A stretch of DNA of 64,000 nt. It comes from Candidatus Kapaibacterium sp. (GTDB lineage Bacteria; Bacteroidota; Ignavibacteria; Kapaibacteriales; UBA2268). The notes below the pieces were generated by a model. That model searched no databases, had not been told where the DNA came from, and saw only the letters and a program-made list of their open reading frames with translations. Of this stretch, positions 10,975-21,110 are shown one piece after another. The position numbers and the translations under genes were made by a program. The first letter of the stretch is position 1, and every line of letters begins with the position of its first letter. Location of the stretch: assembly GCA_963664875.1 (NCBI GenBank), contig OY761611.1, positions 1,952,001-2,016,000 of the forward strand, written 5' to 3'.

Positions 10975-11992
10975 GATAAAAACAGATGATCCATATCAAC
11001 TTTCATTCGAAGGACGAAAGTATATGGACACAACAGACCTGCAGCTTTACGCCTACAACGCTGAGCAGATAGACATAATTTCGAAAGATGTCATAAAAGC
11101 GGCAATCTCAGAGGCGAATGTTGAAAGCCAAAAATGGCTCAATCTGAATGGAATACATGATGTAGCCCTCATTCAGAAATTAGCTAAAAAGCTGCAGCTT
11201 CATAGCTCGATTCCCAGAAAAGTAATAGATACAGAGCAGTCACATCGGCTGATTGATTATGACGAGCATTACTACTTCGGCATACACAACGTACCGGAAA
11301 GCAAAGACGCCCCGCCGGAAAAAATCAGCTTCCTTTTCAGGAAGAACTTATTGCTGACTGTGCAGGAAAAATCAAATAAACACTTTGAGCATATTCGCAA
11401 ACGACTTGCTAAAAATTCAGGCAAAGCTCGTCAAAAGCAAATAGATTACCTCATCTTTTTGATGCTCGAATCAATTATAGACAACTACGCAGCTGAGACA
11501 GACAGACTTTCCGAAAAGTTAGAAAATATCTACAAAGATATAAAAAATCTTAAAGAATTAGACGCTTTGGAAACACTCCGGGAAGAATTCTCTTTAGTAA
11601 AAATCTATTTCATCCCAATTAAAGACACTATAAAAAGTTTGCCGGATGTTTGCGAAAATATCTTTGACGACAGCAACGAGAAGCATTTCAAATTTTTGAA
11701 AGATTGGGCAGATCAAATTTTGGATGATATCAATTTTGCCTTACAGAAAATCGAGAGTGGGGTCAATCTCTTTTTTTCATATCAGAATCAGAGGCTTAAT
11801 GAGGTAATGAAAACACTGACATTGGTATCTGTCATTTTTATTCCAATTACATTCATAGCAGGCGTTTACGGTATGAATTTCCACAATATGCCCGAACTTA
11901 GCATGCCTTACGGCTATTTTGCAGTGCTTGGTTTGATGTTTGCCATATCTGTTGCATTCCTGCTTTTCTTCCGAAAGAGAAAATGGCTTTAG
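10961..11992 (+). CDS. corA: CorA family Mg/Co transporter
   Basis: NEVMKTLT...PITFIAGVYGMNF..MPEL signature. Confidence 0.92.
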   Translation: MKKNKIKTDDPYQLSFEGRKYMDTTDLQLYAYNAEQIDIISKDVIKAAISEANVESQKWLNLNGIHDVALIQKLAKKLQLHSSIPRKVIDTEQSHRLIDYDEHYYFGIHNVPESKDAPPEKISFLFRKNLLLTVQEKSNKHFEHIRKRLAKNSGKARQKQIDYLIFLMLESIIDNYAAETDRLSEKLENIYKDIKNLKELDALETLREEFSLVKIYFIPIKDTIKSLPDVCENIFDDSNEKHFKFLKDWADQILDDINFALQKIESGVNLFFSYQNQRLNEVMKTLTLVSVIFIPITFIAGVYGMNFHNMPELSMPYGYFAVLGLMFAISVAFLLFFRKRKWL

Positions 11993-12053
11993 CATTCGAC
12001 AAGGGCTTGCAAATAATATCAGCTATAACAATAATTTTAACTCTTATAGAAGC

Positions 12054-12087
12054 AAAACCGCATCAGAGATTAAGGTTTCTGATGCGG
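12054..12087 (-). terminator. Intrinsic terminator hairpin, copy 1 of a direct-repeat pair
   Basis: ccgcatcagag...ttctgatgcgg stem, T-tract on minus strand; 31/34 identical to 15615-15648. Confidence 0.7.
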
Positions 12088-12326
12088 CATTCGAGTGATG
12101 TTTTTTTTGCAGATTTAATCTACAATTCCAAATTTTTCTTTTTTGGCTTTTAGCAGCGAATCAATTAAAATACTAAGTTTTTCGCTGTAATAATCAATGC
12201 AACCTAACATTACACCTCTGACTTTGACTCCATTCTCCTGAAGTTGGCATTCAGAAATAGTAAAATAATCAGCTAATATCTTTGCATTTTTATCGAGTAT
12301 TTTATACTCGCGAAAGATTAAATCAT

Positions 12327-13361
12327 TTATTTGAGTGCAGTTTTGTTACGTTTTATTCCTTTGAAATTATATCTTTCAGAGTTAAAGTATATAAAACCTG
12401 ATTTGGTATAATAACTTCCGTCACGGCTGTCAAAAGAGAAATGGAATTTCCAGTTTTCACCGTCATCTTTAGATGTGTAGATGCTGAAAAAACCATAATA
12501 GTCTTCTTCATGATCAAAATAACCTGATCTGGACGCGATAACAGTGTTGTTGCTGTTTATATCGTATATATAAAAGTCGCCCTTTTCCGGTTTTTTAATC
12601 TGACTTGGTTGTTTGTTATAAGCAATATATTCGTTACTGTAAAATTTATAATATTTAGAGTTCTTCTCATTTCGAGAATAATCGAAAGTAGATTTTGTCC
12701 ACGTTTCTCCTTTATCAGCACTTACATAATATTGATATTCAGAGGTTGATATTTCTGCATTTGATATAATATAGTTATCAATTGCAGCTGAATAAGATGA
12801 ATATTCAAATGGTCTCTTAATTGTAACCCAGGTCTCTCCATAGTCTGTGGACTTAGCATAAGCTGAAGCATAAAGGACACCATCTTTGTCAGCGAAGTTA
12901 AATTGACTTCCAAATTGACAAAAATAGGTACTGTCTTCCGATACTATTATAGTCTTCAAAGTTTGAAATTTTGACTCACTTTTAGATTTTCTGTATTTAT
13001 TGCTATTTATGTAATAATACACATAATCATCATTCCCATAAATAATATTTGGAGCATTATAAAATTGATTCATTGTAGAATCAAACATATCCATCGTGAA
13101 TATATCCTCTAATTGCCAGGTAGCACCAAGATCTGTGGATTTAAAAATGTCGTATTGCTTTGTGCCGTGATTTCGCAAAATTGCGTAATAATTATCATCG
13201 TAGTTATTTTGAAAAATGTCAGCAATAAAGTCATATCCCGGAAATGCAGGCTCTATTTTATCAGCACTTTGATATAAAACCGGTTTACTTGGCTCTTCTC
13301 CACACCCATAAACTCCCAAAATCAAAGCAGCTAAAATCAAAAGTAAAGATAGTTTTTTCAT
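12327..13361 (-). CDS. Lipoprotein with BNR/Asp-box repeats (beta-propeller), paralog 3
   Basis: Lipobox VYGC; STDLGATW, STDYGETW, SADKGETW, SKDDGENW. Confidence 0.8.
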   Translation of the reverse strand: MKKLSLLLILAALILGVYGCGEEPSKPVLYQSADKIEPAFPGYDFIADIFQNNYDDNYYAILRNHGTKQYDIFKSTDLGATWQLEDIFTMDMFDSTMNQFYNAPNIIYGNDDYVYYYINSNKYRKSKSESKFQTLKTIIVSEDSTYFCQFGSQFNFADKDGVLYASAYAKSTDYGETWVTIKRPFEYSSYSAAIDNYIISNAEISTSEYQYYVSADKGETWTKSTFDYSRNEKNSKYYKFYSNEYIAYNKQPSQIKKPEKGDFYIYDINSNNTVIASRSGYFDHEEDYYGFFSIYTSKDDGENWKFHFSFDSRDGSYYTKSGFIYFNSERYNFKGIKRNKTALK

Positions 13362-13373
13362 GGTGTTTGTCCT

Positions 13374-14417
13374 TTATTTAATGGGAGTTTTGTTTCGAGT
13401 TATATTAAATATATTTGCATTTAGAGTATTGGTATATACATAACCTGATTTTGTGTAATATACTTCGTAGTTATGATGAGGAAGCTGCCTCTCACTAATA
13501 AGACAGAATTGGAAGTCCCATGTTTCACCGTTATCTGCAGAAGTATGAATATTGCAGTTATGATCATATTCTCCAGGTAGATAGTCTTCTGTATAACCTG
13601 TCCAATTCGCTACTATCTTTCCATCGTTGTTGATATTTAATATTTCAAATTCACCAGCGACAGGAATTTTAATTTTATACTCTCCGGGCTTATTGTCTGC
13701 AATTTTTTCTATATCATAAAAATATCTGATACTATCAGAATCAGGATTTTTTTTATCTAAAACTTTGGTCCAAGTTTCTCCCTTATCTTCACTAATCCAA
13801 AAACTACATTCAGCATCTACAATTAGTTTATTGTTTACTATTTCAGTGGTAACTGCTCTTTGAATATCAAAGGGAGCTTTAATATATGCCCAAGTTTCTC
13901 CCTTATCAGTTGATTTATAGACTACTCCAGAATAAATAACTCCTTCATTATCAATATTAATGGGATCCCATGGGTTGAACATACACCAAGCATTTGGATA
14001 AAGTATACTTTTCATCTCTGACAAGTCAGGACTTATTATATTTATTGCTCCACCAGATTGAAAATAAATATAACCATCTCTTCCAATTCTAAATTCCCTA
14101 TGGTAAAATTCAAATGCGAAGTCATAAAAAACACGGTAATCTTTTAATTCTTTGTATATTTCCCATGTAATACCATCAGAAGATCTATAGAAACTAACGA
14201 TGGAGTTACTGGTTCCGGCTGTCATATAGTACATCCCATCATTGTAATTATAATCTATATAATAAATGAAGTCGCCATCTTCAAAAGGAGTTTCAATGGT
14301 TTTCTTATAAGCGTTCATAGCTGTCTCTTCAGGACTAAGAGGTGAATCTCCCTTGCCACACCCATAAATTCCCAAAATCACAGCAGCTAAAATCAATATC
14401 AAACTTAGTTTTTTCAT
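13374..14417 (-). CDS. Lipoprotein with BNR/Asp-box repeats, paralog 2
   Basis: Lipobox IYGC; SSDGITW, STDKGETW, SEDKGETW, SADNGETW. Confidence 0.8.
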   Translation of the reverse strand: MKKLSLILILAAVILGIYGCGKGDSPLSPEETAMNAYKKTIETPFEDGDFIYYIDYNYNDGMYYMTAGTSNSIVSFYRSSDGITWEIYKELKDYRVFYDFAFEFYHREFRIGRDGYIYFQSGGAINIISPDLSEMKSILYPNAWCMFNPWDPINIDNEGVIYSGVVYKSTDKGETWAYIKAPFDIQRAVTTEIVNNKLIVDAECSFWISEDKGETWTKVLDKKNPDSDSIRYFYDIEKIADNKPGEYKIKIPVAGEFEILNINNDGKIVANWTGYTEDYLPGEYDHNCNIHTSADNGETWDFQFCLISERQLPHHNYEVYYTKSGYVYTNTLNANIFNITRNKTPIK

Positions 14418-14427
14418 GATAAGGTCC

Positions 14428-15468
14428 TTATTTCACAGGTTTTTTATTTCTTAGAATACCAAGAGGCGAGGTTATGTAGAAATATCCGGATTCTTCAATA
14501 TAATTTACTTTCCAGGCATTTTCCACGCAAAATTGGAATTCCCAATCTTCTCCAAAATCAGAGGAAGTGTATAAGTTGAATGTAAGAGAGTATTCCCACT
14601 TATTTTTGCCAACTGTATTATTACCACAGATATTAGCGATCATTGTGCTGTCTTTTGTCATATAATACAATTTCGTTGTGCCTTGATTATGTTTTTTAAC
14701 ATCTATTGGATTAGGATTTTGATATAGTAAATCTTCAGGATTATTATAAATCAAGTAGCCTTCTTTTACATGCTTATCCGGATATCTCATCAGTGTCCAG
14801 CTTTCTCCTTGGTTTTGGCTGATATAATAGTAATCATAATGGAAAACAACAATTGTCTGGTCGTTGAATAGGGTATTTTCATTGGATGCGTATTCGATAT
14901 CACCTCCCAGTTTCTGCCAAGTATCTCCGTTATCTGTAGATTTTAAACTCATTCCTGAATAAATCGTTCCATCTTCATCAAACATTATCTCTCCGTAGAA
15001 ATTATTCTCGACTATAGAGCCATTGTCTTTCAAATTAGAATATATTTCTTCGAAGTTTTCAAATTTTGATAGAGACCTAAATAGCCGATTTCGAATTTTG
15101 TAAAATATTACATTGTGTTTACCAATGTAAATATTCTTATAATCGTTGGTATATTCTACCTCAAATCCGAAATCAAAATCCAAATTTTCAGGGATAATGC
15201 TTTCTCTTAATTCCCAGTCAACTCCATCATCAGATACATATATATCAACTATATTTGTATCCTTTCTGAGTAAATTCAAGTACTGCTTGCCATCAATGTT
15301 ATTTTTATATTGTTCCATAACCCAAGAATGGTTTGGAAATATATTTTCAATTTTGCTCCAGTAAATTTCTTCCTCAGGAGAGATTGCAGGATTTGAGTTG
15401 GTGTCTTTGCAGCCATAAATACTAAAAACTAAAGTAGTAAAAAGCAGGAGTAGTTGTAGTTTTTTCAT
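14428..15468 (-). CDS. Lipoprotein with BNR/Asp-box repeats, paralog 1
   Basis: Lipobox IYGC; SDDGVDW, STDNGDTW, SQNQGESW, SSDFGEDW. Confidence 0.8.
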   Translation of the reverse strand: MKKLQLLLLFTTLVFSIYGCKDTNSNPAISPEEEIYWSKIENIFPNHSWVMEQYKNNIDGKQYLNLLRKDTNIVDIYVSDDGVDWELRESIIPENLDFDFGFEVEYTNDYKNIYIGKHNVIFYKIRNRLFRSLSKFENFEEIYSNLKDNGSIVENNFYGEIMFDEDGTIYSGMSLKSTDNGDTWQKLGGDIEYASNENTLFNDQTIVVFHYDYYYISQNQGESWTLMRYPDKHVKEGYLIYNNPEDLLYQNPNPIDVKKHNQGTTKLYYMTKDSTMIANICGNNTVGKNKWEYSLTFNLYTSSDFGEDWEFQFCVENAWKVNYIEESGYFYITSPLGILRNKKPVK

Positions 15469-15614
15469 GCAATTGCCTTGTTAGTATTCTAATCAACTAA
15501 AATGTCATTATGTAAAATACGAAACTATATAAGATTATACAATATTTTTATACATCTTTATTTTAGTCTTAATTTATATTTATATCAACGCACTTTTTTA
15601 GAATAGGTTGCAAA

Positions 15615-15648
15615 AAAACCGCATCAGAGTTTGCGGTTTCTGATGCGG
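15615..15648 (-). terminator. Intrinsic terminator hairpin, copy 2 of a direct-repeat pair
   Basis: aaaaccgcatcagagtttgcggtttctgatgcgg just after the stop of 15679..16248. Confidence 0.75.
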
Positions 15649-15678
15649 TGAGATTAGAATATCGTATTGAGGATAATG

Positions 15679-16248
15679 TTATTTTTCAAAAACTTTTTGA
15701 GCAGTTCCATCTGAAAACACGTGGAAAACAGGAACTCCTTTTGTATCTAAAGGCAGTTCTCTGCCCAGCATATCAAAGACTCCTATAAGTTCCTTATTGG
15801 CAACATTTCTATCTTCTTCAATGCTAGTGGGGCTTCTACTGAGCAATATCGCTTGTACGTCAGGATGAGCTTCCTCATCATCCCAAAAGTTGTAATGCAG
15901 TACAAGCATACCGTTTTCCAATTTTATAATTTCATAAAAGAAATGTGTATAAAACCTTTGCCCTGCATAAACTGTTTGCAGATATTGGAAATGAAGTCTG
16001 TTGGTGGCAGCATCATAGTCCCAAGTCTGAGTGTTAGGATATATTGTTGGCATAAGCTCGCCTGAAGATTCATAGTAAGTGCCGTCAGAGTTGAGGTTAA
16101 GTTCTGTATTTACCGAATATCCCCCTTGCTCACTTACAATAGAGCCATACCAAGTACCTGCAAAATCATTTTTCATATATTCCTGGGCTTGAGAACCGTG
16201 AATAGAGCCAATCAATAAGGCAATGATAAGTGTGTATAATTTCAGCAT
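15679..16248 (-). CDS. Secreted lipocalin-like protein with short T9SS-like C-terminal tail
   Basis: Signal peptide; FAGTW; C-terminal VFDMLGREL...FSDGTAQKV. Confidence 0.65.
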   Translation of the reverse strand: MLKLYTLIIALLIGSIHGSQAQEYMKNDFAGTWYGSIVSEQGGYSVNTELNLNSDGTYYESSGELMPTIYPNTQTWDYDAATNRLHFQYLQTVYAGQRFYTHFFYEIIKLENGMLVLHYNFWDDEEAHPDVQAILLSRSPTSIEEDRNVANKELIGVFDMLGRELPLDTKGVPVFHVFSDGTAQKVFEK

Positions 16249-16338
16249 GTTTATATTCTCCTAATTTTTTACATAGTCTTACCTAATTTTATACGTATAA
16301 TTGCCACTATTGTTTTTGGTAAAGTCTAAAGATGAATG

Positions 16339-16914
16339 CTATTCTGTCCAAATCCCATGTTTAAACAGATTATACCAAGCTTCGGTTTGAGCTTTTGGGA
16401 ACAGCTCTATTTTATTGAATATCTCCTTAGCAAATTCTATAGGAGCAATTCCGCTTGCAGTAATGATATTGTCTCCGGTAGCAGCTAAGGACTTCTGATA
16501 AAGCTTTTCTCCGGTATAATTTGGAGCCATAGCTTTAAGATAGTTCAAATCATTACTTGTATGTTGTACATTATCCAATAAACCCATTTTCCCTAAATGT
16601 ATAGTAGCCGCACAAATTGCTGCAATGCATATATTTTTCTTGCTGCACTGCCGTATATAGTTAGTAATCTCAGTCATTTCAGAATTTTCCCAGGCAGTAC
16701 CGCCGGGAAGAATAAGCATTTCTATATCCTCAAGATGAATATCAGCTAAGCTATGCGTTGGTTGAATTGTAAGGCCACCCATTGAGTTGATTGGCTTTCC
16801 ATCATCTGAAACGAAACAGAGTTTAAATCTCTTATCTTTGTTTATTTCAGGTGTTAGGTATGATATTTCCCAATCAGAGAAGCCATCGAACAGATAAATA
16901 ATAATGTTTTTCAT
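16339..16914 (-). CDS. DJ-1/PfpI family protein (YoaZ/YdeA-like)
   Basis: DGFSDWE, SMGGL, LILPGG, AAICAA, IITASG. Confidence 0.9.
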   Translation of the reverse strand: MKNIIIYLFDGFSDWEISYLTPEINKDKRFKLCFVSDDGKPINSMGGLTIQPTHSLADIHLEDIEMLILPGGTAWENSEMTEITNYIRQCSKKNICIAAICAATIHLGKMGLLDNVQHTSNDLNYLKAMAPNYTGEKLYQKSLAATGDNIITASGIAPIEFAKEIFNKIELFPKAQTEAWYNLFKHGIWTE

Positions 16915-16980
16915 AGTATTCTTATAATTTGATTTTGAAAAAGTGTTTCTGAGAATGATTCAAATATATGCATCGATATG

Positions 16981-16996
16981 TGACAACTGTCTGTCA
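16981..16996. promoter_or_regulatory. TGACA-N6-TGTCA palindromic operator
   Basis: tgacaactgtctgtca ~65 nt upstream of the DJ-1/PfpI gene. Confidence 0.5.
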
Positions 16997-17094
16997 TATA
17001 TAAAACACGGCAGTAAAATAGTTTCGAAATATCAGAGGGGTTCTTATAATATATTGCTTTTGATTTTAAGAAATTTATAAATTTAGCGATATAA

Positions 17095-18183
17095 TCAAAA
17101 ATCTATATCAGTAATTGGCAACAAAAGACCAACTCCTATTTGTAGATTTTCTTCAGCTAATCTTTGATGTATATTCCAAAACCGATATCCCGCATAAGAT
17201 TCTATACCAAATCCGTTTTTGTACAAATATCTGATACCTATTTTGGGTTCTATAAATGCTTTTTTCGGAATGATATTTTCAAATTCTTTTGCATTTTCAT
17301 TTACAATCAAATAGTCCCAGTTTATTTTAAAGAACAGTGACACATAATGATCGCTTGTTATTATCGGATAATCTATTCCCGGATTAGTTACTGCAGCGAA
17401 CATAGCTACTAAAAATTGAGAACCGCCAAACATCCAGGTAGCAGTTTCTTTATGGATTACGTAAACTATTCCACCGATTGCACTCATTGCAGGAAAAAAT
17501 AAAGCTTGATAAGATACTCTGTATTTATCGTTTTCTGTTTTGACTATTGAAATATTTGGAAAGGTGAATGATAATAGAGAGTAAGGCTCGTATCCCAGGT
17601 TACCTAAATAAGAAAACATATTGCCTTGAATTATAAAATCATTGTTGTGCGGGGAGTAATAAGCTGCTGCCCAATAGTTTTGAAATCTATCAAAAGGACG
17701 AGGTAGTATGTGCTTGTTTTTCGGGACTTTAATAATTTCTGCAATTTCTAATGGATTGGTTGCGATTAAATTGACTCTAACACTATCCCTCTCTTTATAA
17801 TAACTTATGCCATTAATTATATTTCCTTCCAAACTTCTGATTTTTATACCAGCAATCTGTGTTTGTATTTCTGAGTTTGTATCTAAAGTAATAACAGCAT
17901 CCCCATAATGGAAATAGCAGAAATCAGATTCGCCTTTGGTATAAGATTCATTTATTACTAGTTTTCTGTATATGTCATCATTCAATTCACGATAGTAGAA
18001 ATTAGATTCACCACCTACAGGCAGATGCATGTAAAACTCGTAGCTCTTAATTTCGAGTGAGTCTTCATCAAATTGCACCTGACCGTAATACAGTTTGTCG
18101 ATTGTGTAGGTTAATTCTGTAGCTGAGAGAACCGAAATAGAAAAAGCAAATACGACGAGTAAATATAAAAATGGTTTGTACAT
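17095..18183 (-). CDS. Hypothetical secreted/outer-membrane protein
   Basis: 362 aa ORF, signal peptide, amphipathic beta-strand-like C-terminus. Confidence 0.6.
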   Translation of the reverse strand: MYKPFLYLLVVFAFSISVLSATELTYTIDKLYYGQVQFDEDSLEIKSYEFYMHLPVGGESNFYYRELNDDIYRKLVINESYTKGESDFCYFHYGDAVITLDTNSEIQTQIAGIKIRSLEGNIINGISYYKERDSVRVNLIATNPLEIAEIIKVPKNKHILPRPFDRFQNYWAAAYYSPHNNDFIIQGNMFSYLGNLGYEPYSLLSFTFPNISIVKTENDKYRVSYQALFFPAMSAIGGIVYVIHKETATWMFGGSQFLVAMFAAVTNPGIDYPIITSDHYVSLFFKINWDYLIVNENAKEFENIIPKKAFIEPKIGIRYLYKNGFGIESYAGYRFWNIHQRLAEENLQIGVGLLLPITDIDF

Positions 18184-18257
18184 TTGGTCTTCTTATTTTA
18201 TTTAAACTAAGCCAATATACAAACCATTTTTTCGAATAATAAATTTTTTAATATCAA

Positions 18258-19310
18258 TCACCCAAAATCTTTTACTCCGAAGTATCGCTTACCTATCCAT
18301 ATTGATAGATTTACGAGCATTATCAGCACCGGCACTTCGACCAATGGGCCAATAACTGCGGCAAAAGCTTCTCCGGAATTTATCCCGAATACTGCTACTG
18401 CTACGGCTATAGCAAGCTCGAAATTATTACTTGCTGCAGTGAATGACAGAGTCGCTGTTTTTTTATAGTCAGCACCTAAGACCTTGCCCATAAAGAAGGA
18501 CACCAGGAACATAAATATGAAATAAATTAGAAGCGGCACTGCAATTCTCAAGACATCAAACGGCAGCTTAACGATATATTCCCCTTTGAGTGAGAACATA
18601 ACAAAGATTGTAAACAGTAAGGCGATTAGCGTAATCGGACTAATCTTTGGTATAAACTTTTGGTTGTACCATCTGTCGTCTTTTGCTTTTCTTAGTAGCC
18701 ATCTCGTTAAAAAGCCTCCGAGGAACGGAACTCCGAGATAAATTGCAACACTTTCTGCAATCTGCCCTATAGTTATATTCACTTCAAAAGACTCTAAACC
18801 GAACCAGCCTGGTAGCACAGTTATAAATATGTAGGCATAGATTGAGAAGAAAACTATCTGGAATATGGAGTTAAATGCTACAAGTCCTGCAGCATATTCT
18901 GTGTCGCCTTTTGCGAGGTCATTCCAGACTATTACCATAGCGATACAGCGAGCAAGACCAATCAATATTAGCCCTGCCATATAGTGTGGGTAGTCCTGCA
19001 AAAATATAATGGCAAGCAGGAACATAAGCACGGGGCCGATAATCCAGTTTTGCACCATAGAGAGAGAGAGTATTTTCACGTTACGAAATACTTTGCCGAG
19101 CTCTTCATATTTAACTTTTGCAAGTGGCGGATACATCATAAGTATTAAGCCGAGCGCAATAGGTATATTTGTTGTACCGATGCTGAATTTATCCCAGAAA
19201 TGAGAAATCTCTGGTGAGATGTAGCCCACAGCCACACCTGCAGCCATAGCAAGAAAAATCCACAGGGTCAGATATTTATCTAAGATTGTCATCTTTTGAG
19301 CTATAGACAT
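18258..19310 (-). CDS. acr3: ACR3 family arsenite efflux transporter
   Basis: [43 protein letters not shown]. Confidence 0.95.
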   Translation of the reverse strand: MSIAQKMTILDKYLTLWIFLAMAAGVAVGYISPEISHFWDKFSIGTTNIPIALGLILMMYPPLAKVKYEELGKVFRNVKILSLSMVQNWIIGPVLMFLLAIIFLQDYPHYMAGLILIGLARCIAMVIVWNDLAKGDTEYAAGLVAFNSIFQIVFFSIYAYIFITVLPGWFGLESFEVNITIGQIAESVAIYLGVPFLGGFLTRWLLRKAKDDRWYNQKFIPKISPITLIALLFTIFVMFSLKGEYIVKLPFDVLRIAVPLLIYFIFMFLVSFFMGKVLGADYKKTATLSFTAASNNFELAIAVAVAVFGINSGEAFAAVIGPLVEVPVLIMLVNLSIWIGKRYFGVKDFG

Positions 19311-19319
19311 ATCTCCCCC

Positions 19320-19727
19320 TTAAGCCTTGAATAGTTTAGTCATTTCTTCTTTAATCTCTTTTCTGATTTTGCGGAAGAAAAAGAGTTTTTCTTCTTCGCT
19401 GCCCTGAGCTGCGTCCGGATCTTCAAAACCTTTGTGCAATCTATTTTTCACCTCACCCATAAACACGGGGCAGGTTTCATTTGCATGGTCGCAAACAGTT
19501 ATAACATAGTCAAAGCTCATTTTGATAAACTGATCAGAGTGCTTAGGCACTGCGCCTGTCATATCGTAGCCGTCTTCTTCCATCACTTTAATAGTAAGCG
19601 GATTGACTCTACTTGCAGGCTTAACCCCTGCAGAATAAACTTCCGCATCGGGTAATATTTTTTTGATAATATATTCGGACATTTGGCTTCTACCGGAGTT
19701 ACCGGTGCAAAGTACAAGTATTTTCAT
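19320..19727 (-). CDS. arsC: Thioredoxin-coupled arsenate reductase (LMW-PTP fold)
   Basis: CTGNSGRSQM P-loop, VITVCDHANETCP, FEDP; ars context. Confidence 0.9.
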   Translation of the reverse strand: MKILVLCTGNSGRSQMSEYIIKKILPDAEVYSAGVKPASRVNPLTIKVMEEDGYDMTGAVPKHSDQFIKMSFDYVITVCDHANETCPVFMGEVKNRLHKGFEDPDAAQGSEEEKLFFFRKIRKEIKEEMTKLFKA

Positions 19728-19796
19728 GTTGATTTATTCCTTATATTTTATTTACACTTTACTTCTCTTTAAGACCGTGGTTTATCGTTCCTTAAG

Positions 19797-19860
19797 ACCG
19801 TGGGGTTAACCCCACGGTTGATGCAGAAATTTACTTCTGCCGCCAGCTAAAGCAGGCGGT
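19797..19860. repeat. Two REP-like palindromes in the arsG-arsC spacer
   Basis: Perfect 22-bp palindrome accgtggggttaaccccacggt (19797-19818) and gccgccagctaaagcaggcggt (19839-19860). Confidence 0.7.
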
Positions 19861-19985
19861 ACAAATTGTAAAATTACAGCTATTTCTGGATATTTTGACT
19901 TACAAGACAACTGCTTGATGCAGCACTCTTCACTTCTAATGTTTAGAAACTTCTGCAAGTATGCAAACCTTCTTTTATAATGTTT

Positions 19986-20693
19986 CTACACCAATTCCAT
20001 AAATATCATTATATAGTAAATTCCTGTCAGAACAAAGATTAAGCCTACAATCTTGCGAAACCATTTTTCAAAAGTTTTGATTTTATTGAATACGCTACCT
20101 ACGCCGGCAAGCCCGTAAGCTAAAATTAGAGAAATAATTATCACCGGCAGACCTGTTCCAATTGAAAAAGACAGCAGGTTTATAAGCGAGCCGTCGTCTT
20201 TTACAGACATCGGTATAAGCATTCCAAAATAAAGCACCCCGCTATAAGGGCAAAACGCAAGGGCAAATACTATCCCCATAAGGAAAGCACTGATGTAGCC
20301 CTTTCCGCTTATTTTGTCGGTTACTTTTTGCGACACACCAACTCCGGTAATATTACCAAATTTGATTACACCAAGCATAAACAGACCTATTATTATAAGT
20401 AAAGGACCGAGTAGCTTTTCGCCATAAGTATTAAAGAGAGTAGATATATCAAATTTGCTTGCTCCGAGATAGATTAGTACGCCCACGCCCACATAGCTGA
20501 CAGCCCTGCCGAATGTATATATAATAGAGTTAAGGAGTACTTTTCTTTTGTCGGAAATATCTTTAGAGAGGTATGCCGTAGCAGTGATATTAGTCGCAAG
20601 AGGGCAAGGGCTGATAGCAGTCATCAGCCCGAGCAAAAATGCACTTATTATAGGAATATCAGAATTTTCGAATAATTGCTGCAAAAATTCCAT
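19986..20693 (-). CDS. arsG: ArsG-family / DsbD-CcdA-like membrane protein
   Basis: AISPCPLATN and LAFCPYSG motifs, multiple TM helices, within ars operon. Confidence 0.75.
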   Translation of the reverse strand: MEFLQQLFENSDIPIISAFLLGLMTAISPCPLATNITATAYLSKDISDKRKVLLNSIIYTFGRAVSYVGVGVLIYLGASKFDISTLFNTYGEKLLGPLLIIIGLFMLGVIKFGNITGVGVSQKVTDKISGKGYISAFLMGIVFALAFCPYSGVLYFGMLIPMSVKDDGSLINLLSFSIGTGLPVIIISLILAYGLAGVGSVFNKIKTFEKWFRKIVGLIFVLTGIYYIMIFMELV

Positions 20694-20695
20694 TT

Positions 20696-21100
20696 CTATT
20701 TCCTTAGTTTATCGATTTCAGTCTTTATTTTTTCGATGTATTCCTTTGTCTTTGCAGCATTCATAAAAGCAAAAGTTGTAAGGTCAACTATTTCTTCTTC
20801 GCCTGAATTGTCTTTTACGAGGATAAGCATACTGCTATCAGCACCATATTTTTTGGCAAGTTTTTCGTTTTCTTCGAAGTTGATAGATTTAAAAACTATC
20901 TTACCTGCTTTTACTTCTTTAGAGTAGTATTTATATAATGCAGCTTTCGCGTTAGCTTCTACTTTTTTGCAGGTAGGGCAGCGTCTTTCGCCATGGAAAT
21001 AATAAATAGTGATTTCAGCTTTTTCAGCTGCAACGACTTCTAATTCAGGCAAAGCCCACATAAAGGCGAGCATCATAAAACTAACTAATAGTAAACGCAT
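20696..21100 (-). CDS. arsF: ArsF-family periplasmic thioredoxin-like protein
   Basis: Signal peptide; YYFHGERRCPTC. Confidence 0.75.
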   Translation of the reverse strand: MRLLLVSFMMLAFMWALPELEVVAAEKAEITIYYFHGERRCPTCKKVEANAKAALYKYYSKEVKAGKIVFKSINFEENEKLAKKYGADSSMLILVKDNSGEEEIVDLTTFAFMNAAKTKEYIEKIKTEIDKLRK

Positions 21101-21110
21101 AAATCTCTCC

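Noticed and set aside
19320-19727. ArsC P-loop CTGNSGRS as an inactivating change
   Set aside because: The second P-loop Cys is variable in this family; the nucleophilic Cys, Arg and the two distal Cys are retained.
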